Source: Planctomycetota bacterium
GTDB taxonomy: Bacteria > Planctomycetota > UBA8108 > SXIK01
Assembly (NCBI GenBank): GCA_965223845.1
Contig: CBDCXR010000004.1
Coordinates: forward strand, 256,001-320,000
Direction: 5' to 3'
DNA length: 64,000 nucleotides
In this document: positions 9,840 to 20,070 of the stretch, piece by piece
Layout: each line of letters begins with the position of its first letter
Position numbering within the stretch: position 1 is the stretch's first letter
The notes under the pieces: model-generated
Told to the model about the DNA's origin: nothing
The model's input: the letters and a program-made list of their open reading frames with translations, nothing else
Database searches by the model: none
Position numbers and translations under genes: made by a program

Positions 9840-10763
9840 GTGAGTGAAGACCGCATGAGCTTCGATGAGGCCTGTCGGGCGCTCGGGATCTCTGAAGCAG
9901 AGCTCGAAGCGCTCGTCGCGGCCGGAGAAATCTCGAGCGTGAAGGAGGGCGACACGCTCTACTTCAAGCCCGATGTCGTCGAGAAGTACAAGGAGTCTCG
10001 TGACGGCGAAGCGACCATTCTGCTCGCCGACGACGATCTTCCTCTGCTCGAGGACGACGGTCTCGAGGAGATCGATCTTCTCGCGATGGACGACTCGGAG
10101 GAGACCGCGCCGACGACTCCCGTCGAGCCGGCTCCGGCCGCGGCCGAGGAGATCACGCTCGACGCCGCCGCCGAGAGCGTCGACGACGCGGTGGAAGAGC
10201 TTTCTCTCGACGACGACCTCCCGGACATCGATCTCGACTTCGGTGGGGAAGACCTCGAGACCACGGCCGTTCCCGAGGCGTCGAGCGACGCGGGTGAGGA
10301 GCTCGACGAGACGCTTCTCAATCTCGACGGGCTCCTCGAGGAAGAGGCGGAATCGACGACGCCGGTGGCCGCTGCAGGCGACGATCTTCTCGCCGGAGAC
10401 GATCTCCTCGGTGAGGACACGCTTCTCGACACCGATCTCGACTTCGGTGAAGAGACCGACACGTTCGAGGTGGACACCGTCGACGATCTCGCCGGCGACA
10501 TCACCGAGGAGGCGACGCTCCTCCGCGGCGGCGGCGCGCGAGTCATGCAGATGAAGAAGAAGGAGAGCCACGTTGCGATGACGATCGTCCTCGCGGTATC
10601 CGCTCTGCTTCTCCTCGTCCCGCTCGCGGTCGTGACGAGCACGATCTATCTCGAGGCGGCCGACGCGGAGGCGGGTCTCCCCGACCCGGACGCCCAGAAG
10701 TGGGTCTCCGACTACAATTTCCTCGGCGGCGCGGTGAACGGCATCGCCGACGCGTTCAAGTAG
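9840..10763 (+). CDS. Excisionase-like HTH, acidic low-complexity linker and C-terminal TM protein
   Basis: MSFDEACRALGISEAELEALVAAGEISSVKEGDTLYFKPDVV (HTH_17-like), D/E/L-rich linker, single TM near the C-terminus. Confidence 0.8.
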   Translation: MSEDRMSFDEACRALGISEAELEALVAAGEISSVKEGDTLYFKPDVVEKYKESRDGEATILLADDDLPLLEDDGLEEIDLLAMDDSEETAPTTPVEPAPAAAEEITLDAAAESVDDAVEELSLDDDLPDIDLDFGGEDLETTAVPEASSDAGEELDETLLNLDGLLEEEAESTTPVAAAGDDLLAGDDLLGEDTLLDTDLDFGEETDTFEVDTVDDLAGDITEEATLLRGGGARVMQMKKKESHVAMTIVLAVSALLLLVPLAVVTSTIYLEAADAEAGLPDPDAQKWVSDYNFLGGAVNGIADAFK

Positions 10764-10818
10764 CCGGACCAGCATCGGCGAGAGCGCGGCTCGAAGGCCT
10801 CCCGCCCAGAATGATTCT

Positions 10819-10857
10819 CAAAACGCCCCGCGGTCGTCCCGGCCGCGGGGCGTTTTG
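10819..10857. terminator. Intrinsic (likely bidirectional) terminator
   Basis: CAAAACGCCCCGCGGTCG-tcc-CGGCCGCGGGGCGTTTTG inverted repeat after the stop at 10763. Confidence 0.75.
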
Positions 10858-10907
10858 CGTTCGGCCTCGGCAGGCGCGCGGCCGCGGCAGCCGAGCGACA
10901 AAAGAGC

Positions 10908-10937
10908 TTTACAGGAACATCGCGGCTCGGGTATAAC
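10908..10937 (+). promoter_or_regulatory. Possible sigma70 promoter TTTACA-N18-TATAAC
   Basis: Near-consensus hexamers just downstream of the terminator and upstream of the OmpA-family gene. Confidence 0.4.
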
Positions 10938-11341
10938 CCCGAGAAATCTGAGCGCGAGCCGGAGCGATGGCGCCGGTCGCGCGAGATGATCGCTGCGCCG
11001 ACGCAGCGGTGAAGTGAAGAGTTTTAGAGGATCTCTTGGAGCGGGTGCCGGCGATTTCCGGCGGTCGTATCCGGACCGGGCTCGGAGCGTCGCGTGAGCT
11101 TCCTCACGGCGGCATCGCTGGAGTCTCCCGGCAACCCGGACGGCGGATCGGTAAGCGGCACACCGGCGATGCACCGGACCCGCGGTGGCTCGGTATCGCT
11201 GGTATCGTCCCTGCTTCCGCGTACGCGGTGGGAACGAGTCGCGAGAGCGTCTTCGGCCGCTTGTACGGCGGTCGACGCGGCCGGTCGCTCGGCCCGCATA
11301 GCGCGCCCGTTTCGTTAGGTCACAGTCTTGGAGGGAAGAGG

Positions 11342-12082
11342 ATGTCTTTTGCGAACACGTCGCTCTACCGGGTGGCGCGCAGTGCGGTGGTCTTGGGCTT
11401 CGCGGCCCTCCTCGGAACGGGTTGCGTGCCGTATCAGAAGTATCGCGACACGGTGTCGTTGCTCGAGAAGGCCAAGGCGGCGAACGCCGACCTGATCAAG
11501 AAGTACAACACCCTCACGGCGAAGTACCTCGCACTCGGAGGGGACGCAGCCAATCCGGCCCAGGTCGCGGCACTCAAGGAGCAGATCCGTCAGCTCCAGG
11601 AACAGTTGAACCGCGACGCCCCCGAGTTCGCGTTCAAGGAAGATGAGATCCCCGCCGAGGCGCGGCGCGAGGGAGCCGGAGGCATCGCCTTCCCCGACCA
11701 GCTTCTCTTTACCCCGGGAAGCGCAAAGCTGAAGACGACCGCGAGCCCCGCGCTCGATCAGATCGTCGACCTCCTCCGCACGAATTACTCGACGGAGCGG
11801 GTGGTCATCGAGGGACACTGCGACAACCAGCCGCTACGCGCGACGGAGAAGCTTTGGACGGACAATATGAACCTGTCCTACAACCGCGCGCGCGCCGTCT
11901 TCGAGTACTTCAAGAGCCGCGGCGTTCCGGAAGAGCGGATGATCGTTCACGCCTACTCGTACAATAAGCCGGTCGATCCCACGACGGTGAACACGTCGGA
12001 GGGGCGCCGTCTCAATCGTCGAGTTGTCGTCCGCCGGACGGGACAGCAGATCTTCCCGACGGCTACGGCGATGCGGGACTGA
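11342..12082 (+). CDS. OmpA/MotB-family peptidoglycan-binding lipoprotein
   Basis: Lipobox LGTGC, coiled coil, LLFTPGSAKL, VIEGHCDNQP, NMNLSYNRARAV and NRRVVV motifs. Confidence 0.9.
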   Translation: MSFANTSLYRVARSAVVLGFAALLGTGCVPYQKYRDTVSLLEKAKAANADLIKKYNTLTAKYLALGGDAANPAQVAALKEQIRQLQEQLNRDAPEFAFKEDEIPAEARREGAGGIAFPDQLLFTPGSAKLKTTASPALDQIVDLLRTNYSTERVVIEGHCDNQPLRATEKLWTDNMNLSYNRARAVFEYFKSRGVPEERMIVHAYSYNKPVDPTTVNTSEGRRLNRRVVVRRTGQQIFPTATAMRD

Positions 12083-12127
12083 TTGGTTCGCAAGCGCTTT
12101 GCGCTTGCGAACCAATCAGTTTCTTTT
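12078..12127 (+). terminator. Intrinsic terminator of the OmpA-family gene (first hairpin of the array)
   Basis: 20-bp perfect stem ACTGATTGGTTCGCAAGCGC/GCGCTTGCGAACCAATCAGT followed by TTCTTTT; the stem contains the stop codon. Confidence 0.65.
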
Positions 12128-12862
12128 GAGGGGGCTTTCGCGAAGCCCCCTCGCCCTCGCGGCTCTGCCGCGAGGGCTCACCCCGACGAGCGCGAGCCGT
12201 TGGCTCGCGTTTCTGGTGCCCGGGGTGTTTGGGTGTTCCGGGGCGAATTGGTTCGCGAGCGCCGAGCGCTTGCGAACCAATCAGTTTCTTTTGAGGGGGC
12301 TTTCGCGAGGCCCCCTCGCCCTCGCGGCTCTGCCGCGAGGGCTCACCCCGACGAGCGCGAGCCGTTGGCTCGCGGTTCAGGTGCTCGGGGTGTTTGGGTG
12401 TTCCGGGGCGAATTGGTTCGCGAGCGCTGAGCGCTTGCGAACCAGTCAGTATTCTTTTGAGGGGGCTTTCGCGAAGCCCCCTCGCCCTCGCGGCTCTGCC
12501 GCGAGGGCTCACCCCGACGAGCGCGAGCCGTTGGCTCGCGTTCTGGTGCTCGGGGTGTTTGGGTGTTCCGGGGCGAATTGGTTCGCGAGCGCCGAGCGCT
12601 TGCGAACCAATCAGTTTCTTTTGAGGGGGCTTTCGCGAAGCCCCTCGTCTTCGCGGCTTCGCCGCGCGGGCTCGCTCCGTGGAGCGCGAGCCTCCGGCTC
12701 GCGGTTTCGGGAGGTGTCGGATACTCGAGGTGCGGTGTACTTGCCGCGCCCTTGTGTCCGCGGCGGGGCGCTCGCCAAGCGGAACTTCGCGAAGCCCCCT
12801 CGCCCTTGCGGCTTTGCCGCGCGGGTTCACCGCGAGGAGCGCGAGCCTCCGGCTCGCGGTTC
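12078..12862 (+). repeat. Tandem array of 165-bp multi-hairpin units (3 full, 1 diverged, 1 partial)
   Basis: ATTGGTTCGC recurs at 12082, 12247, 12412 and 12577 (period 165). Each unit carries four inverted repeats. A partial copy lies at about 12786-12862. Confidence 0.95.
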
Positions 12863-12973
12863 CGGATCCTCGGCATTTGGCGAAGCCGCGAGGTCTTGAT
12901 CCTCCCCGCCTTCCGCCGCGTTTTTCGGGACCTCGGCGTGAACCTCTTCACGAACGGCCTCGAGTTCGCGAGC

Positions 12974-13891
12974 ATGCGGGGTATGTCCTCAAGGAGTCCC
13001 GATCCCAACCGACCGTCGCGAGGTGGAGTTCTCGATCGCTTGAGGCGTGCGGGACTCGAGCCCGATCCGCGCCGCGATCAGCACTTCCTCGTCGATCCGT
13101 CGCTCCTGCGAGCCGTCGTCCGCGACGCCGGCGTGACACCGGACGACGCGATCCTCGAGATCGGTACGGGCGCAGGTACGCTGACCCGCGCGCTCGCGGA
13201 GCGAGCCCGATGCGTCGTGACGATCGACCTCGATTCGTCGCTCGTCGCGTTTGCGCGGCGAGAGCTCGAGGGCTGCGAAAACGTTCGATTCCTCTGCGGT
13301 GATGCGCTGGATGGCCGAGAGCTCGCGCCCGATCTCAGGCGGGAGGTGGCCGAACTCGGCTCGTTTCTCTGGGTATCGAACCTTCCCTACAGTGTCGCGA
13401 CGCCCTTGATCGGCGCCGTCCTCGAGGGCGGGACTTCCTGGCGTCGAGCCCATCTCCTCGTCCAGCGTGAAGTCGCCGAGCGAATGGCCGCGGAGAAGGG
13501 AACTCGATCGTACGGACCCCTCAGTCTCCTCGTCTCGTATTGGGCGCACACTCGGCTGGGACGCCGGGTCGCGCCGGGCGCGTTCCTCCCGCCCCCGCGA
13601 GTCGAGTCTCGGTTCGTTGCGCTGGAGCCGCGGTCGGGATCCGAGGCGTCCCCGGAGCTCTATCACTCGTATCGGTGGTGGGTTCTGGCACTCTTCCGAC
13701 ACCGGAGGAAGCAGCTCGAAGGGATCATTCGCGCCCTCGCCTTGCCCGGGATCGAGCCCCGATCGGTCGTCGCGTGCCTCGCCGCAGACCCGAAGACCCG
13801 TCCCGAGCGGATCTCGCGAGACCAGTTCGTGAGGCTCGCCGAAGCCATCCCGGCCCCGTTTCGCCGGCCTGGGCCCGACCTGCCGGCCTGA
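12974..13891 (+). CDS. rsmA: 16S rRNA m6,2A dimethyltransferase RsmA/KsgA
   Basis: QHFLVD, ILEIGTGAGTLT, SNLPYSVATP, VQREVAERM, YGPLS, FLPPPRVES and FRHRRKQL motifs. Confidence 0.93.
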   Translation: MRGMSSRSPDPNRPSRGGVLDRLRRAGLEPDPRRDQHFLVDPSLLRAVVRDAGVTPDDAILEIGTGAGTLTRALAERARCVVTIDLDSSLVAFARRELEGCENVRFLCGDALDGRELAPDLRREVAELGSFLWVSNLPYSVATPLIGAVLEGGTSWRRAHLLVQREVAERMAAEKGTRSYGPLSLLVSYWAHTRLGRRVAPGAFLPPPRVESRFVALEPRSGSEASPELYHSYRWWVLALFRHRRKQLEGIIRALALPGIEPRSVVACLAADPKTRPERISRDQFVRLAEAIPAPFRRPGPDLPA

Positions 13892-13974
13892 TTTTCGGGG
13901 GGACGAACCGGGATCGCCCGCCGCCCGGAGGCGGCCGCGACCTTCGCCGGAGGAAAAAACCGCGCGGAACCAAT

Positions 13975-14004
13975 TTGACAAGCTTTTGTCGAGATTTTTA
14001 GAAT
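13975..14004 (+). promoter_or_regulatory. sigma70-type promoter TTGACA-N18-TAGAAT upstream of dnaG
   Basis: Consensus -35 and near-consensus -10 in an AT-rich patch. Confidence 0.5.
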
Positions 14005-15070
14005 AGGCAGCTTGTGCGAATTTGATCTTCAGGACGCCGATCCGGACGTCTTACCCCCGCCGAGGCGGGAGATTCGTCGGAGCGGCCGTTGCTTCCGTCT
14101 GGGAGTGTGTCCAGACCGTTCGTTCTCGGGGTGTTCGGCGCACGGGAGAGTGCCGAGCGGGAGCGGGCTTCGGACGGTTCGGTGCTGTCGGGAAGGGACG
14201 AGAGGTTCGGCGTGGAGTCGGGATTCGTTCGGCGAACGCGGGCCGATATCCACAATTCCTCGAGGATCGCGGAAGGAGGCGGGAGTCGGCGAGCTCCAAA
14301 GGTGATGGAGGGAGCCGGCGAAATCCTCACGCGCGTTCGGCGTGCGGGAGCGATCCCGGAATCGATAGCACTCTGGACTCGACGTCCGGTTGATTAGTTT
14401 CTGGCGCAAAGCGGCGTTTGGGCGACAACCGCTCGAACACCCGCGAGTTAGCGCGTGGATCTGCGGCGGAAGATTCCGAGAGCCATGTTGTTCTCGAGTC
14501 GGACGCTGCGACGGGGATTGGCGCGCATCGACTCGATCCGAGGGTGTGCGGGGCAGGTGTCTGCGAGCGAGACGAGCGTCGAGTCGGTGCGGAGCGAGAG
14601 AAACGGGGAGCGTGGAGAGTTTGGAACAGTAAGTGAGGAGCTCCCGGGGGACCGGGAATTCAGAGGAGCTCCGACTCGGCCCGGGCCGCGGCGCCGGCAC
14701 CCACGATACGTGCGGCGCAGAGACGGCGGACGAGTCGCAACGAACCTAACCGGTCGAGGGAGCCTCGGGGAGGCGCTCGGCGAACGGCGTAGAGCGACGA
14801 AAAAAGGTACGCCGAGCGTCGGGCGATCCGAGATCCCCTCGCGATCAATGCCGTTCTCGTGGCCCTTCGGAACCGCAGTGACTGCGACGCCGGACGAGTT
14901 CGCGGGACGGATACCGACGAAGTGGCTCAAGTAGGCGGGGTGCAGGCGTGGGAGCGGCGAGACGTCGCGCGCGACCCCGGAAGGAGACGAGCCAGGGAGG
15001 CGGCGCCGGCGAGAATCGAGACCTGCGATTCGGCAGGACGACACCCGAGCGCGCGGTACCTGAGAGCACG

Positions 15071-16897
15071 GTGTTCGACAGCGAAAAAGAGCAAGTTCGA
15101 GATCGCGTCCCGATCGAGGACGTCATCCGCGAATACAACGTCCAGCTCATCCGAGCCGGGCGTGGATTCAAGGCGCTCTGCCCGTTCCACTCCGAGAAAA
15201 CGCCGTCGTTTCACGTCAATACCGAAGGGCAGTACTTCCGCTGTTTCGGATGTCAGGAGCGCGGCGACGTGTTCTCGTTCGTGCAAAAAATGGAACGAGT
15301 CGATTTTCCGCAGGCCCTCGAGCTTCTCGCTCGACGAGCGGGAGTCGAGTTGTCGCGCCGGTCGAATCGCACCGCGGGCGACCGCGAAAACGTCGTTCGT
15401 ATGTACGATGCGCTCGAGCTCGCGCGCGACTTCTACCACCGCTACCTCCTCGAAGCGCCCGCCGCGCATCCAGCGCGCGAGTACCTCGAGCGGAGGGGGA
15501 TCGGACGCGACGCGTGGAAGGACTTCCACCTCGGCTTTTCACCGACCGATGGTCGCGCGCTCCTTCAGTCGCTCTCGCACCGCGGGATCGATCTCCGCGT
15601 GCTCGTCGGCGCCGGTCTCGCGCGGGAAGCGCGCGGGGGGCACCGCGATGCGTTCCACGGCCGCATCATGTTCCCGATCTCGAACACGCAGAAGCGTCCG
15701 GTCGGTTTCGGCGCCCGCACGCTCGGCGGGGACGAGCCGAAGTATCTCAATACGGCAAAGACGGAGCTCTTCGATAAGTCGCGACTTCTCTACGGACTGG
15801 CGGAAGGACGCCAGGCGATCCACCAGTCGCGCGAGCTCGTCCTCGTCGAGGGCTACACCGACGTGATCACGGCGCACCAGGCCGGACTCCGGAACGTCGT
15901 CGCGAGCCTCGGCACCGCTTTTACCGAGGAGAACGCCCGGCAACTCGCACGCCTCGGCGACCGCGCCTGGCTCGTCTTCGACGGCGACCGCGCGGGGCAG
16001 AGCGCGCTCGAGCGGTCGCTCGATCTCCTCGTCGCCGAGGACATCGACGTTCAGGTCTGCTCGATGCCGGACGGACGCGATCCGTGCGACGTGATCCAGG
16101 ACGGCGGAGCCGACGCGTTTCGCGCGAACCTCAACGATCGTTCCGCGAGCTTGTTCGAGTTCAAGTGGCGGCGGACTCTCGAGCTCGCGCGCGAGACCGA
16201 AGGCGGAGCCAACGCCGAGGCGCGCGCGATCGACGAGTATTTGCGGCTCGTCGGGCGCGTCCCCAATCCCGTTACCAGAAGACTTCACATTCGAGAGTTC
16301 GCGGAGCGCGTCGGAGTCGACGAAACCACGCTCGGCGCGCGACTGCGAACGCTCACGAAACCGACGGCCCGGCCTCGACCGGGGAATCCTACTGACGAAT
16401 CGAACGCATCTGCGCGTTCGAGCTTCACCGCTTCCGCGGGGGAAAGAGAGCTTGCGCTCGTCCTACTCGAATGCCTCTTGGCGCTGCCGCACAACGCGGC
16501 GGAGATTTGGACCATCGTGCCAAAAGAGGTGTTTCGACGAAGCGGCGCGAGCGAGCTGGTCGACGCGATCGATCGACGGCTCGCCGCGGGCGAGTTCTCC
16601 CCCGACGGACTGCTGCGGGAAGTCTCCAGCGAAGACGCGCAGAAGTTCCTCATTCTGGCCTTGAGTCGCGTTCAGTCCGAGGAAACGGACTCGACAGATC
16701 ACGAGGAACGCTGGAAGTGCGCACGGCGCGACATCGAACGGTACCGACTCACCGCGGAGATTCACGCGTTGGATCGCCAGATCGAAGTCGCGCGGCGGGA
16801 GGCGGATCGGGAGGGATATCAGTCCCTGCTGCGTGCGCGCCTGGAAGCTAAGAAACGACTGAAGCGCCTGAAAGGCGCTCCGCTGGCGGTGAAGTAA
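15071..16897 (+). CDS. dnaG: DNA primase
   Basis: CPFHSEKTPSF...CFGC zinc finger, GRIMFPI, KYLNT, LVEGYTDV and FDGDRAG TOPRIM motifs; directly upstream of rpoD. Confidence 0.96.
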   Translation: MFDSEKEQVRDRVPIEDVIREYNVQLIRAGRGFKALCPFHSEKTPSFHVNTEGQYFRCFGCQERGDVFSFVQKMERVDFPQALELLARRAGVELSRRSNRTAGDRENVVRMYDALELARDFYHRYLLEAPAAHPAREYLERRGIGRDAWKDFHLGFSPTDGRALLQSLSHRGIDLRVLVGAGLAREARGGHRDAFHGRIMFPISNTQKRPVGFGARTLGGDEPKYLNTAKTELFDKSRLLYGLAEGRQAIHQSRELVLVEGYTDVITAHQAGLRNVVASLGTAFTEENARQLARLGDRAWLVFDGDRAGQSALERSLDLLVAEDIDVQVCSMPDGRDPCDVIQDGGADAFRANLNDRSASLFEFKWRRTLELARETEGGANAEARAIDEYLRLVGRVPNPVTRRLHIREFAERVGVDETTLGARLRTLTKPTARPRPGNPTDESNASARSSFTASAGERELALVLLECLLALPHNAAEIWTIVPKEVFRRSGASELVDAIDRRLAAGEFSPDGLLREVSSEDAQKFLILALSRVQSEETDSTDHEERWKCARRDIERYRLTAEIHALDRQIEVARREADREGYQSLLRARLEAKKRLKRLKGAPLAVK

Positions 16898-16952
16898 CAC
16901 GCCGAGGCGTGTGCCCGACCGCGAGCGGTATTGAGAGAGAGGTGTTTCCCTC

Positions 16953-18584
16953 ATGGACAAAATGGAAGAGCGATTGAAGATCCTCATCGAAGAGGGTCGG
17001 CGCGATGGCCACATCACGTACGACCGCTTCAACGAGATCTTCCCGGAGGACTGCAACTCTCCGGAGAAGATCGATGAGGTCTTTGCCGCGTTGGAGGCGC
17101 ACAGCATCGAGCTCCGAGATGATCCTCTGAGCTCCTCGGACGACAGCAGCTCGGACAGCGAGGGGATGCCCGAGAAGATCGACGATCCGGTGCGCATGTA
17201 TCTCACCCAGATGGGCGAGATCCCCCTCCTCACGCGCGCAGAGGAGCTTCTCCTCGCGAAGAAGATCGAGATCTCTCGGCAGCGCTATCAGAAGCAGCTC
17301 TTCGGGAGCGGACTTGCGCACGCGGTCGTCGTGAAAGTTCTCGAGGACGTGCTGAAGGGCGAGCTGGCGCTCGACAAGACGGTCAAGGTGACGCCGTCGG
17401 GCAACGAGGACTTCGGCAAGGAAGACGCGTTCAACCTGATCCGAAGCAACCTCTCGACTCTCCGCATGATCCACGAGAGCAATAAGGTTCGTTTCGGCGA
17501 GAGCATGAACGGCTCCGGTGGGGTCGACGGCGAGGCCGAGTGGCTCGAGCCCGTCCGGTCGCGCAACAACAAGGGAAGCGTGCTCATCAGCGAGCTCAAC
17601 CTGAAGAAGCCGGTCGTGAACCAGCTGCGTCAGGAGTTGAGCGCGCTGTGCGCGAAGATGCGCGGGATCGGGAGCGAAGTCGACAAGATCGAGCTCGCTC
17701 GGAAGCGCGGCCGACGCCGGCTGCGAAAGGCCGAGAAGGAGCGGATCGCCGAACTGCATTCGCGCCAAGGTCAGTACGAGCACCAGGCTCTCGAGCCGAC
17801 CGCCGAGCTCTTCGAGCGGATCGCGACGATTCGCAAGTGGTACAACGAGTACGAAGACGCAAAGCGGAAGCTCTCGGGCGGAAACCTGCGTCTCGTCGTC
17901 AGCATCGCGAAGCGCTACCGGAATCGCGGCCTCACGTTCCTCGATCTCATCCAGGAGGGGAACACCGGCCTCATGAAGGCAGTCGAGAAGTACGAGTACC
18001 GCCGCGGGTACAAGTTCTCGACCTACGCGACGTGGTGGATCCGGCAGGCGATCACTCGATCGATCGCGGACCAGGCCCGAACCATTCGGATCCCGGTCCA
18101 CATGATCGAGACGATGAGCAAGGTGCGGAACGCGACGAAGAAGCTCATTCAGAAGAACGGACGCGAGCCGACGATCAAAGAGATCTCGCAGGAGCTCCAG
18201 ATCTCCGAGGAGGAGACGCGGAAGGTCATCAAGATCTCCAAGCACCCGATCTCGCTCGACCGCCCCATCGGCGATTCGGACGACGGGTTCTTCGGCGATT
18301 TCATCGAGGATCGCACCGCGCAGAGCCCGGTCAATGCGGCCGCTCACGAGATGCTGAAGGAGAAGCTCGACGACGTCCTCGGCACGTTGACCTACCGCGA
18401 GCGCGAGATCATCAAGCTCCGTTATGGCCTCGGCGACGGGTACACCTACACCCTCGAGGAGGTCGGGAAGATCTTCCGCGTGACGCGTGAGCGAGTGCGG
18501 CAGATCGAGGCGAAGGCTGTTCGCAAGCTCCAGCACCCGATCCGGAGCCGACTTCTCGAGGGGTTCCTCGAGTCGATCGGCTGA
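16953..18584 (+). CDS. rpoD: Primary sigma factor RpoD
   Basis: [53 protein letters not shown] and [12 protein letters not shown] motifs. Confidence 0.97.
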   Translation: MDKMEERLKILIEEGRRDGHITYDRFNEIFPEDCNSPEKIDEVFAALEAHSIELRDDPLSSSDDSSSDSEGMPEKIDDPVRMYLTQMGEIPLLTRAEELLLAKKIEISRQRYQKQLFGSGLAHAVVVKVLEDVLKGELALDKTVKVTPSGNEDFGKEDAFNLIRSNLSTLRMIHESNKVRFGESMNGSGGVDGEAEWLEPVRSRNNKGSVLISELNLKKPVVNQLRQELSALCAKMRGIGSEVDKIELARKRGRRRLRKAEKERIAELHSRQGQYEHQALEPTAELFERIATIRKWYNEYEDAKRKLSGGNLRLVVSIAKRYRNRGLTFLDLIQEGNTGLMKAVEKYEYRRGYKFSTYATWWIRQAITRSIADQARTIRIPVHMIETMSKVRNATKKLIQKNGREPTIKEISQELQISEEETRKVIKISKHPISLDRPIGDSDDGFFGDFIEDRTAQSPVNAAAHEMLKEKLDDVLGTLTYREREIIKLRYGLGDGYTYTLEEVGKIFRVTRERVRQIEAKAVRKLQHPIRSRLLEGFLESIG

Positions 18585-18627
18585 TCGGAGCGCGGCCCGG
18601 CCCGGGCCGCCGGATCGAACGAATTCG

Positions 18628-18669
18628 AGAAGGAAGCCGGTAACGCTTGTCACCGGCTTCTTTTTTTTG
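18628..18669 (+). terminator. Intrinsic terminator after rpoD
   Basis: GAAGCCGGT..ACCGGCTTC stem followed by a long T run. Confidence 0.85.
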
Positions 18670-18760
18670 CAAAAAGGGAGCTCAATTCGCTGCGGTCGGT
18701 AGCTCGGACGCCGGAGATGCGCCTGCCGGTCTCCCCCGCGGCGACAGGAGGAGCCCCGAC

Positions 18761-19465
18761 ATGCACGCGTCGATCGAGAAACTTCTGCGGGTTCAGGACG
18801 TCGATTCGCAGATCCTGTTCATGCGCGAAGCGATGCGCGTTCGGCCGCAAGAGCTGAACGACGACCGTGTGAAGGTCGACCAGGCGAAGTCGGCCGTCGC
18901 GGCGCTCCAGTCGCGGATCAAATCCGCACGGATGGCCGCGGACGCCCGCGAGCTCGACATCCGCAAGTTCGACGACGAGATCACGAAGCTCACGGTCGCG
19001 CTCAACCAGGCCAAATCGAACGACGAGTACTCGGTGATCCGCGACGGCATCGAGCGCCAAAAGGAGATGCGCGGGGGAGCCGAGGAAGACGTTCTCCTCC
19101 AGCTGCAAGAAATCGATCGACTCGAGGAGGATCGGAAGGTTCTCGAGTCGAACCTCGAAGAGCTCGCGAAAACTCTCGAGCGAAAGGAGCGCGAGCTCGA
19201 AGAGCTCCTCGGTGGCTTGCGGGCGCAGCTCGACGAGCTGGAGACGCAGCGCAGCGGACTCGTCGACGGCGTGGACTCCGAGCATCTCGGTCTTTACGAC
19301 CGGGTCCTCGACCGCCACCAGAACTTTGCGATCGCGCGAGTCGAAGGGCAGATCTGTAAGGGCTGCAATATGCGCCTCACGCCTCAAGAGGTGAATCTCC
19401 TCCTTCAGGACACCTTCGTTCAGTGTCGCAATTGCTCGCGCCTCCTCTGTCTCGCGACCGATTGA
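18761..19465 (+). CDS. C4-type zinc-ribbon coiled-coil protein (DUF164/CdsZ-like)
   Basis: Long coiled coil ending in CKGCNM...QCRNCSRLL; usual position between rpoD and rnpB. Confidence 0.9.
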   Translation: MHASIEKLLRVQDVDSQILFMREAMRVRPQELNDDRVKVDQAKSAVAALQSRIKSARMAADARELDIRKFDDEITKLTVALNQAKSNDEYSVIRDGIERQKEMRGGAEEDVLLQLQEIDRLEEDRKVLESNLEELAKTLERKERELEELLGGLRAQLDELETQRSGLVDGVDSEHLGLYDRVLDRHQNFAIARVEGQICKGCNMRLTPQEVNLLLQDTFVQCRNCSRLLCLATD

Positions 19466-19562
19466 CGGCGCTCGGTCGGCCCCGAATCCGATCACGGGCG
19501 ACGGTCCGACGAAGTCCGTTCCGGGGTCGCGCTGCGTGCGCGTAGCCGTTACGATGCGGCCG

Positions 19563-19971
19563 GTCCCCTCAGTAGAGGACACGGTCGTGGCCCATCAGCG
19601 GCAGCCCGTTCGATTCGCTCGGTCGCGCCAGGCTCAGCGATCCGGGCGGGCTGCCGGGGCCGAGGAAAGTCCGGACTCCTCAGGGCGGCGCGGTGGAAAA
19701 CAACCACCGGGAGCAATCCCAGGGAAAGTGCCACAGAAAAGATACCGCCGGTGGGCTTCGCGCTCGCCGGTAAGGGTGAAATGGTGAGGTAAGAGCTCAC
19801 CGCGAGGGTGGCGACATCCTCGGCAGGGTAAACCCCGCGCGGAGCAAGACTGAATAGGGAAGAAGAGACGGCCCGTCTCCGTGACTTCCGGGTAGGTCGC
19901 AAAGATGAAGGACCGTGCACCGAGCGTCTCGCGAGGTGAACAAGATCCGGCTTACGATCTGCTGGGGGGAC
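19563..19971 (+). ncRNA. rnpB: RNase P RNA (type A)
   Basis: GAGGAAAGTCCGGACTCC, GAAAGTGCCACAGAAAA, GGTAAGAGCTCACC, GGTAAACCCC and ACAAGATCCGGCTTAC motifs. P1 GTCCCCTCAGTAGA pairs with TCTGCTGGGGGGAC. Confidence 0.96.
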
Positions 19972-20070
19972 TTTTCTAGCTTAGCCCGGATTCATCGCTT
20001 CGAGGCGTAGCGGCGGTCGAGGTTCCGACCTGTGAACGTGAGCGCTCAGCGACGAGGTCCGCGTTGGGGC

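Noticed and set aside
12078-12862. CRISPR array
   Set aside because: Units are near-identical over their whole 165 bp, with no unique spacers and no cas genes.
12024-13008. ORFs spanning the 165-bp array, and an N-terminally extended RsmA from 12563
   Set aside because: These are translations of palindromic repeats; RsmA homology begins after 12974.
16848-18653. 601-aa ORF antisense to rpoD (likewise 1454-2428, 9669-10775, 22020-23354, 24040-26085, 31569-32969)
   Set aside because: Typical shadow ORFs from codon bias in high-GC genes; no recognisable motifs.
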